A stretch of DNA of 39,222 nucleotides from Magnetococcales bacterium. GTDB lineage: Bacteria; Pseudomonadota; Magnetococcia; Magnetococcales; JADGCH01. The position numbers and the translations under genes were made by a program. How positions within the stretch are numbered: position 1 is the stretch's first letter; each line of letters starts with the position of its first letter. Where the stretch lies: positions 1 through 39,222 of the forward strand of contig JADGCM010000002.1 in the NCBI GenBank assembly GCA_015228995.1, written 5' to 3'. The notes beneath the pieces are model-generated. The model was not told where the DNA came from and did not search any database. It saw only the letters and a program-made list of their open reading frames with translations. Below are positions 22,257 through 29,400 of this stretch, one piece after another.

Positions 22257-22445
22257 ACCCTGGTTTGTAAGGAACAACCAAAACAACGAAATCGTTGTTT
22301 TAACCACAACCGCTTGTAACACGTTTTAAGCGCGTTTTGACGCTATCAATACCCAACTAGCAGCCAACAGCCTACAATCGATTTTAGAGGCCTTATAGAA
22401 GGCTACAAATCATTTCCCTGTAACTATCAACCAAAGGAAGCCATA

Positions 22446-22609
22446 ATGAAAGTCACAATCTCAAATAGCCTACAAGGAAGATCATCGAATTGGTCGAGGA
22501 TATAACCAACGAACGCTTGCCAATCGAGGAAGCCATTGCAGAAGTCTACAACCTAGCAGCAACAAGCAACAACCTGGACGACAACGACGATATGGATTTT
22601 GACCTGTAG
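22446..22609 (+). pseudogene. Small ORF apparently split by a frameshift (acidic ~54-aa product if repaired)
   Basis: AAGGAAG lies 6 nt upstream of ATG 22446, but this frame stops after 19 codons (TAA 22503-22505). The overlapping frame, open 22469-22609, reads ...KIIELVEDITNERLPIEEAIAEVYNLAATSNNLDDNDDMDFDL* and has no start codon of its own apart from a TTG. Confidence 0.3.
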
Positions 22610-22627
22610 CACAACCGACAATCAGGG

Positions 22628-22643
22628 GGGCGGGCAACCGCCC
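22628..22643 (+). terminator. GC stem with GCAA tetraloop after the split small ORF
   Basis: GGGCGG-GCAA-CCGCCC followed by TTCCTTATC. It lies 19 nt after the TAG at 22607-22609. The U tract is weak. Confidence 0.35.
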
Positions 22644-22978
22644 TTCCTTATCAATCCCGCCCGACAACAAGCCACAACAAACCATGCCCATGGCTCAACA
22701 GCAGAAAAGACAAATAAACGATAAAAAGCAGCATCTTATCAAAACAAGGGCAAAAGGTGTGTACATTTGGTGGATGTATCATCCACCATAAATAAGAAAT
22801 TATCTATTTATAAACAACGACTTTTAGCTGTTATGCTGCTTTCGATGTACGTTTTGCTGTACAGTATCCGATAAATCTACCCTTACCGATAAGGTAAGAA
22901 TTGAGGACAAAGCAAAGATGGTCAGCAATTGTAACAAGACACAAGAGAAACCAGCAACAAAAAAACAACAAAAAGGTA

Positions 22979-23007
22979 TTGACAACAAGCACAGTATTCT
23001 GTACAAT
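22979..23007 (+). promoter_or_regulatory. Near-consensus sigma70 promoter pointing out of the right end of the element
   Basis: TTGACA (22979-22984), exactly 17 nt, TACAAT (23002-23007). The -35 lies within ATTGACAACA, a 10-mer also present at 19694-19703 and 21700-21709. Confidence 0.5.
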
Positions 23008-23121
23008 TCAGACAAGGAAGAAATCAATGGATATAATAACGACGAACAAGAAACAGACTAACACTTTATAACTTGCCAATAATTTACAAATAAAAACAAT
23101 TACTTATAACGCTACACTAGA

Positions 23122-23135
23122 TGCAGTGTACTCAT
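23122..23135. repeat. attR core (direct repeat)
   Basis: TGCAGTGTACTCAT, identical to 18195-18208. On the minus strand ATGAGTACACTGCA continues only TCTAGTGTAG (stop). Confidence 0.7.
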
Positions 23136-23171
23136 GGATCAATCCCGTGACCAAAAGAAGCGGCCTCTTTA

Positions 23172-23217
23172 CCCTCTCCCCTTGTGGGAGAGGGCAGGGT
23201 GAGGGGTGTTAAAGTTT
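23172..23217. repeat. GC-rich REP/MITE-like element, copy E4
   Basis: CCCTCTCCCC-TTGT-GGGAGAGGG-CA-GGGTGAGGGGTGTTAAAGTTT. It ends 2 nt from the stop codon of CDS 23220..24233, so it is a likely terminator for that operon. Confidence 0.8.
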
Positions 23218-23219
23218 CA

Positions 23220-24233
23220 TTATACACGGATACGCCGGTTTATCCAACGGTGGATGCGGTTGATGATCCGTTTCTGTTGTTGTTCCGCCAAACTAGCAAA
23301 CAAGGGGAGGGCCAATGCCCGTTGCAAGAACTGCTGCATACCAGGCAAATGGCTATGTTGGGGAACGCGGTACCAGAGAGGCAGATCGGTGCTAATACCA
23401 GCCCGAGACAAAAATTGTTGCAACGCCAGCCGGTCCGCAGCATCGTGCCAGGACAACACAAACCGCAACCAGACGCGTGGCTGCTCGGTTGTCGGTAACG
23501 GCAGTTCAAACAATCCGTATGGGCGTAAACTCTCCAGATAACGCTGGGCCAGTTCAGCACGGCGCCGGGCCAGTAAAGGCCATTGTCGCAGACGGGAGAG
23601 GCCCATGGCACAGGAAAGGGTATTGGCAATGGCGGGCCGCAGGCAACGAATCTGCTGCATAAGGGCGTCGTCGTGGCCCAACAACACACAAGCCGCCCCA
23701 GCGGTGATAGCTTGGTTGCCATCGCAGCCAATGATTTGGAAGTCAGCTTGGCCACAACCATCAATCGGTGTCGGTATCGCCGAGCATATCTCAATGGTGG
23801 CATGGCAGAGCGAAGGGGGAGGGAGGGGCGCGATCTGGCCAAAGCTATGGCAACGCAGCCAAGCGCGTGGCTTGCGGTCGTAAACCTCCGGCAAAACCAC
23901 CGGGCTGATGCCAGTAGTTGGGTCAATATCAAGCCAACCCAGCCGCAACCAGAGGGCCTCGCAGGCTTGACGCCAGGGTGGTTCCAACAGGCCATCTGCC
24001 GCTAGCCAGTCACCCGCTTGCCAGCCCAGTGCTGTGGCCAAAGCCGCCATCAGCTGGTCAGCACTGGCAAAAACCACTGCCGGGCGTTGCCAGCAGTGCT
24101 GCCACATCTCTTCCCAACGTTGCAACAGCGACTCATCTTGCCACGCAGAGGTAGCGATGGCAGCCAGGACCGCCGCCTCATCCGCTTGGGTGAGATCGGA
24201 CGCCGTTAGCGGGATGAAATTGACAACAGACAC
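23220..24233 (-). CDS. DegT/DnrJ/EryC1/StrS-fold aminotransferase-like protein that appears to lack the catalytic lysine
   Basis: 337 aa. The GTG start directly abuts the gltX stop. By-eye alignment to ArnB-type enzymes holds along the whole length: FIPLTASDLTQADEAAVLAAIATSAW, AVVFASADQLMAALATALGWQAGDWL, LSRLRQWPLLARRRAELAQRYLESL, ALPLFASL. At the SFHxxK position the sequence is GCDGNQAIT (Gln codon 23712-23714). Confidence 0.6.
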   Translation of the reverse strand: MSVVNFIPLTASDLTQADEAAVLAAIATSAWQDESLLQRWEEMWQHCWQRPAVVFASADQLMAALATALGWQAGDWLAADGLLEPPWRQACEALWLRLGWLDIDPTTGISPVVLPEVYDRKPRAWLRCHSFGQIAPLPPPSLCHATIEICSAIPTPIDGCGQADFQIIGCDGNQAITAGAACVLLGHDDALMQQIRCLRPAIANTLSCAMGLSRLRQWPLLARRRAELAQRYLESLRPYGLFELPLPTTEQPRVWLRFVLSWHDAADRLALQQFLSRAGISTDLPLWYRVPQHSHLPGMQQFLQRALALPLFASLAEQQQKRIINRIHRWINRRIRV

Positions 24234-25664
24234 TTAGCTGATCTGTGTCATCCAGACGAGGCAACTGTGCATCCGCGCCAAGCTGCGCTCGCGTCCCAGT
24301 AGCACCATGATCTCGAAAATGCTGGGGGAGGTATCGCGACCGGTGAGTGCAACGCGCAGCGGTTGTGCCAACTGGCCCATCCCTTTGAGAGCCTGTGCGG
24401 CGACGACCTGACGTACCAGCTGTTCTAAGTCCGCTGCCTGCCAGGCCGATGGCGGCAGTTGGGTCAACTGCTCGACTAGGTCGGTCAACGCCGGCAAAAT
24501 CGCCGCTGTTAGGTGCTTGGCCGCTGCGGCCTCGTGATAAGGCTGTACCGAATCGACGAAGTAAAAACGGCCCACCTCGACCATCTCTACCACCGTTTTG
24601 CAACGCTGCTGCAAGCTAGGAATGACCGCCAGCAACCAGTCTCGTTGTGGCTCAGGGATGCCTGCCCGTTGCAGCTGGTAAAGCATCTCGGGCACCAGCC
24701 GTTGCGGCGTTGCCTGACGCAGGTAATGGCCATTCAGCCATAACAATTTGGAGCCATTGAAGATGGTGGCGGAACGACCCACCTGACGGACATCGAACAG
24801 CTCCACCATCTCCGACAACGAGAAAATCTCCTGGTCCCCATGGGACCAACCGAGACGAACCAGATAATTATTCACCGCTTCTGGTAAGAAACCATCATCA
24901 CGATATTGCAGCACCGACACCGCCCCGTGCCGTTTGGAGAGCTTGGCCCCATCCGGACCATGCAGCAGTGGCATGTGGGCATATTCGGGTACTGGCCATC
25001 CCAAAGCCTGGAACAGATGAATCTGACGTGGGGTGTTGCTGATGTGATCTTCGCCACGAATGATGTGATTGATCTCCATGTCGTGGTCATCGACAACAAC
25101 GGCCAGATTATAGGTTGGGGTCCCATCTGAACGCACCAACACCAAATCATCCAGCTCCTCGTTCTGAATGCGAATCGGCCCTTGAATCCAATCTTGCCAC
25201 ATCACTTCGCCGGTCGTTGGCGTCTTAAAACGAATGACCGACGGCTGATCAGCCGCCAGGGCCGCCGTGTCGCTGGCGGTCAACCGCAGGCAGTGGCCAT
25301 CGTAGCGTGGTTTGATTTGGGCTTGACGTTGTTGCTCACGTAACGCATCCAACCGCTCGCGACTGCAATAACAACGGTAGGCCCGACCCGTCGCCAGCAG
25401 CTGCTCAGCAGCAGCGAGGTGACGCGCTACGTTGGCAGACTGCCACACCGGTGGTTCGTCCGGCGTCAGACCCAACCAATCCAGTCCGGCAAAGATGGCA
25501 TCGACGGCTGCTTGGTTGGAACGTTCGCCATCGGTATCCTCAATGCGCAAGGCCCACACCCCGCCGCTATGGCGTGCGTGTAGGTAGCAAAACAGGGCGG
25601 TGCGAGCACCACCAATGTGCAAAAATCCGGTCGGAGAAGGAGCAAAACGGGTACGCATGGTCAT
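24234..25664 (-). CDS. gltX: Glutamate--tRNA ligase
   Basis: 476 aa. RTRFAPSPTGFLHIGGARTA (HIGH), RIEDTD, AKLSKRHG (KMSKS). The start could be the third codon (ATG). Confidence 0.95.
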   Translation of the reverse strand: MTMRTRFAPSPTGFLHIGGARTALFCYLHARHSGGVWALRIEDTDGERSNQAAVDAIFAGLDWLGLTPDEPPVWQSANVARHLAAAEQLLATGRAYRCYCSRERLDALREQQRQAQIKPRYDGHCLRLTASDTAALAADQPSVIRFKTPTTGEVMWQDWIQGPIRIQNEELDDLVLVRSDGTPTYNLAVVVDDHDMEINHIIRGEDHISNTPRQIHLFQALGWPVPEYAHMPLLHGPDGAKLSKRHGAVSVLQYRDDGFLPEAVNNYLVRLGWSHGDQEIFSLSEMVELFDVRQVGRSATIFNGSKLLWLNGHYLRQATPQRLVPEMLYQLQRAGIPEPQRDWLLAVIPSLQQRCKTVVEMVEVGRFYFVDSVQPYHEAAAAKHLTAAILPALTDLVEQLTQLPPSAWQAADLEQLVRQVVAAQALKGMGQLAQPLRVALTGRDTSPSIFEIMVLLGRERSLARMHSCLVWMTQIS

Positions 25665-25735
25665 AACAGTGGCCTCTAGGGCTGGGTGAAAGATAGAAAG
25701 TGGTGATTGGCACTTAATAGCGGTAGACGCAGCGG

Positions 25736-26377
25736 CTACCAGGTGCGGGCCTTGAAGTCTTTGTCATTGGCGATCTGGACGCTATCCCCAGACTGTACAA
25801 TAACGAATAGCCCCTGATTGATGGCAAACTGATCGGCACCGGCGTCGATAGCAATTCCAGCTACCGCCCCATAGACGGTGCAATCGGCATAACGGTTAAA
25901 AAAGGATTTGAAGCGCTTCAGTCGTTCCAGGTGATTGCGTACATCCTCAACCGTTAAGTTGCTCTTGACCTCGACCAGCACGGCATCAATGGTGTTGGCC
26001 ACCAGAATATCAATCTCCATATTTTGACCGGCGACGGTTTTTTTAGCACGGGTGAAGACCTCATCGACCTGAATGCCGCGCTTTGTAAACATGGCAATAC
26101 AAGCCGGGGCTACCAGCTTCTCGACAAAATCCCCCCAACGACTGCCCAGATTGCCGACCAGTGTCGAGACCTCCTTGAACTTACGGTCGGTCTCCTGCAT
26201 CTGCTGGAAGGTCTCCTGCATCCGCACTCCCAGGCGTTGGTCAGTTTCTCTCATCTGCCGGTCAGTTTCTTTCATCTGCTGGGCAGTTTCCTGTACCAGC
26301 TTCTCGGTTTCTTTCTGTCGCAGAGCCGTTTCTCTCAGCACAGCCCAAATCTCATCCACTGTTGTGGTTCCGTTCAT
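25736..26377 (-). CDS. DUF3782-type protein: coiled-coil ETDR repeats + PD-(D/E)XK nuclease-like C-terminal domain
   Basis: 213 aa with AGGAGGA upstream. The N-terminus has repeated QETxQQMKETDRQMRETDQ units. The C-terminus has EIDILVANTIDAVLVEVKS (D...E-V-K), HLERLKRFK, YGAVAGIAID and GLFVIVQSGDS. This matches my recollection of the DUF3782 family. Confidence 0.65.
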   Translation of the reverse strand: MNGTTTVDEIWAVLRETALRQKETEKLVQETAQQMKETDRQMRETDQRLGVRMQETFQQMQETDRKFKEVSTLVGNLGSRWGDFVEKLVAPACIAMFTKRGIQVDEVFTRAKKTVAGQNMEIDILVANTIDAVLVEVKSNLTVEDVRNHLERLKRFKSFFNRYADCTVYGAVAGIAIDAGADQFAINQGLFVIVQSGDSVQIANDKDFKARTW

Positions 26378-26394
26378 ACTTTCCTCCTATATAA

Positions 26395-26439
26395 CCCCTC
26401 ACCCCCCGGCCTCCTCTCCCACAAGGGGCGAGGAGGAGG
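26395..26439. repeat. GC-rich REP/MITE-like element, copy E5
   Basis: CCCCTCACCCCCC-GG-CCTCCTCTCCC-ACAA-GGGGCGAGGAGGAGG, between the giant-gene stop (26455) and the next start (26377). Confidence 0.8.
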
Positions 26440-26454
26440 TATGGGACTACTTTT

Positions 26455-29400
26455 TTAGCTAAAGGCCAGCCCTGCGGTAAACACACTCTCTACCGGTGTT
26501 ATGCCGCTATAACTCTGCAATGTATACGACAGACGCCCGGCAGCAATGGTAATATCACTCAAAGCGCTAGAGGCTTTGCTGACGTTACCAGCGGCGTCGG
26601 CCTGAATGGCGCGCAGGTTGGTATGTCTGCCGATGGCCAGCGCTGCGACATCGATGCTCCATTTGCCGTTGGTCGCCACTCTATCACTGCCAACGAGCAG
26701 GTCAACACTCTCGGGATCGAATCGGCCATTATTATCGACATCTTTGAACAAGGTGAGCACCGCCGCCGCTTCACCATTGCCACTGATGATATGGGTGCTG
26801 CCGCTGAATTTTAGACCGTTCGGGGCTGCTGGGGCCACACTGTCGATACTGACCCGTAACTGCTCGGCGAGCGGACTGATATTACCCGCCACATCGCTTT
26901 GTTTCGCCGTCAGGGTATGGTTGCCATTGCCGATTTTGGTCAGTGTCAGCCGCCAGTTGCCCTCGCCATCGACGTTGGCCGTGCCCAGGGTGGCTTTGTT
27001 TTCCAGCAAGGTGACACTGGCCCCGGGCTCCCCGCGTCCCAATACTACCAGCCCGGCGGTTTTGTTACTGATGTAACTGTCGGCCACCTCCTGATCGGCA
27101 ATCATCAGGTCGGTGGGGGCGGCGGGGGCCTCGCCATCGATAATCAGGCTGAAGGGGATAGATGGCGAACTCTCGTTACCGCGACTGTCGGTTTGGGAGG
27201 CGGTGATGCTGTAACTGCCGCCCGATAGGCTCAGATCGGTATTCCACAAGCCCCTGCTGACCGCTGCGGTGGCGAAATGATCGCCATCGATAAACAGGGT
27301 CACGAATTTTGCTCCGGCAGCACTACCGGACAGGGTCAGGCCGGAGCTTTTGCTGGTGATATTGTCTATCTTGGAGGGGCCGGTATCGTCGTCATTGGCC
27401 AGATCAAAGCCACCGGGGGTCTGCACCACGATGGCTAACGCCGCCGAAACCTTGCTGGAGCTGCCGGCAACGTTGGTTTGGATCGCCTTGATGGCATGGC
27501 TGCCGCCAAACAGGTTGACACTCGTCGCCCAGGTAGCGCTCTCAATGCTGGTGGTGGCCAACAGCTCACCGCTGTTGATCTTGCTATCTTTGTTGCTGTC
27601 GTCAAACAGCAGCAACGTCATGCCATCCTCACCACTGCCGATAATGGTGATGTCGGCCCCACTGGCCAAAATGGGGGTAGTGGAGAAATTGCCATCCACC
27701 TGCAATCCGGTGGGTGTGGTCGGCACGCTGGTGTCGATAGTAACGGTCAGCGGCTCCGAATCGCCACTGGTACCAGTGTCAGTGGTTTGTTGGGCGTTGA
27801 AAGAATGCGCCCCAGCGGCGAGGCTGGCCAGTTTGACGCTCCACTTGCCGGCAGCGTTAGCGGTAGTGCTGCCGATGGCACTCCCTTCGGTCAACAGCGT
27901 TACTTTAGCACCTGCTACCGAGTCGCCAGTAAAGGTCAAGCCTTTGCTCTTGTTGGTGATGCCATCACCGACCACGCCGCTGTCATCGCCCGCCAGCAGG
28001 GACAAGGCGGTCGGTGGTGGTGGCGGCACCGACTCGATGATCTCCAGTTCCAGCGCCGTCGAGGCCGGGCTGAGATTACCGGCCAAGTCTGACTGCACGG
28101 CCCGGATGGCATGTTTGCCCACTGCCAATTCAGCAATATCAGCCGTCCATTGGCCACTACTGGCCACCGTCGCCGTCGCCAAAGCACCATCGATGCCAGT
28201 CGCTTCACCCTCAAATAGATAAACCCGCAACCCCTTTTCACCACTACCGCTGAAAGTCAAGTCACTGGTGCGGGTGGTGATATTGTCACTTTTGTTGCTA
28301 CCGCTATCATCTTCAGCGGCTAAATCAAGTTTGGTCGGGGTGGCGGGGGCGACGGTGTCAATGGTAATCATCAACGCTGCCGAGGCTTTGCTGACATTAC
28401 CAGCGACGTCGCTTTGGCTGGCAACGACGGTATGGGTACCATCGGCTAGCGTTGCCAGCACGCCGCTCCAATTGCCCTCTTCATCGACCACAATGGCCCC
28501 GCTGGCGCGTATCTCGCCACTATCGAGCTTGCTGTTTTTGTTCTTATCAACAAACAGGATCACCGCGCTACCAGCCTCGCCCCGGCCGCTGATGGCCAGA
28601 TTCTCGGTAACGTTAGTAATATTATCACCATCTGACGGTCCGCCATCGCTGCTGGCAGCCAAGTCCAAACCAGTTGGAGCCGGGGGAGCGCTGCTATCAA
28701 CGTCGATCACCAACACGCTTGAGAGATCGCTATTGACCCCATCAATAACCTGCTGGGCGGTAAACGCGTGGCTGCCCTGGCTAAGCCCTGTGACCGACAC
28801 CCCCCAATTACCCGTCGCACCCACCGTGGCGCTACCCTTAGAGCCATCGCCATCGAACAGCAGCACCTTGGCCCCTCTTTCACCGCTACCGGTGATGGTC
28901 AATTTGCTCTTATTGGTGAGGCCATCGCCAACAACGCCGCTGTCATCGCTGGCCAGCAGGGCCAAGTCGGTGGGGGTGGGCGTTGTCGTTCCGGAGCCAA
29001 TGGTAACCGGCAGCGTTGTGGAGACTTTACTGACATTACCAGCCAAGTCGCTTTGGGTCGCCTTAAAATTATATCTACCGACCTCTAGCGCAACGCTGCT
29101 GCTCCAATTGCCTGTTTCATCAACGATAATACTCTCGCCAAACACTTCGCCATCTTTGAACAGAGTGAGGCTAGCCCCGGCTTCGCCTTTGCCGCTGACC
29201 TCGTTGCTGCTGCTGCTATATCTCAAGCCGCTCGGGGCTGCCGGGGCACTGCTATCGACAATCACGTTCAATTCTGGCGACGCTTCACTCCACTCGCCAT
29301 CGACTAGCTGTTTCGCTGTCAGGGTATGGGCTCCTTGGCTCAAGCCAGAGAGCTTAACGCTCCAATCCCCAGCTGCGGCAACGGTGGCCGTGCCTTTGCT

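Larger units (their letters stand above)
18195..23135. mobile_element. Small integrative element (P4-type integrase + VapE-family protein + repeat-rich non-coding half)
   Basis: Perfect 14-bp direct repeat TGCAGTGTACTCAT at both ends. The interior is strikingly A/T-rich compared with the flanks. The integrase lies next to the left end. Confidence 0.75.

Noticed and set aside
21758-22270. ORFs 21758..21976 + (GTG start) and 22016..22270 + (TTG start, signal-peptide-like N-terminus).
   Set aside because: Both use non-ATG starts without a convincing RBS, and both run through the repeat modules (…LTACAS… and …CSPLARHNH… are translations of module 1). The second is not excluded but is unsupported.
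22824-23027. 67-aa very hydrophobic ORF on the minus strand. It could be a type I toxin opposed by the 22979 promoter transcript.
   Set aside because: It has a TTG start with no Shine-Dalgarno sequence and no internal ATG. Hydrophobicity is expected when an A-rich strand is read in antisense (T-rich codons). Kept only as a remote possibility.
22918-23061. 47-aa hydrophilic ORF (MVSNCNKTQEKPATKKQQKG…) on the + strand.
   Set aside because: The K/N/Q composition simply reflects A-rich DNA. It also overlaps the much better supported promoter at 22979-23007.
23206-24603. Numerous overlapping ORFs around the DegT-like gene. Examples: 23240..23995 -, 23583..24005 +, 24178..24603 -.
   Set aside because: Only the 23220..24233 frame aligns with a known fold along its full length. 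The others are R/P/A/G-rich frame artefacts.
26455-27000. An RTX-type C-terminal secretion domain in the giant protein.
   Set aside because: No GGxGxD nonapeptide runs are visible in the last several hundred residues. The resemblance is limited to IExVxGS..DT-like strings in the 26-aa repeats, so no T1SS claim is made.
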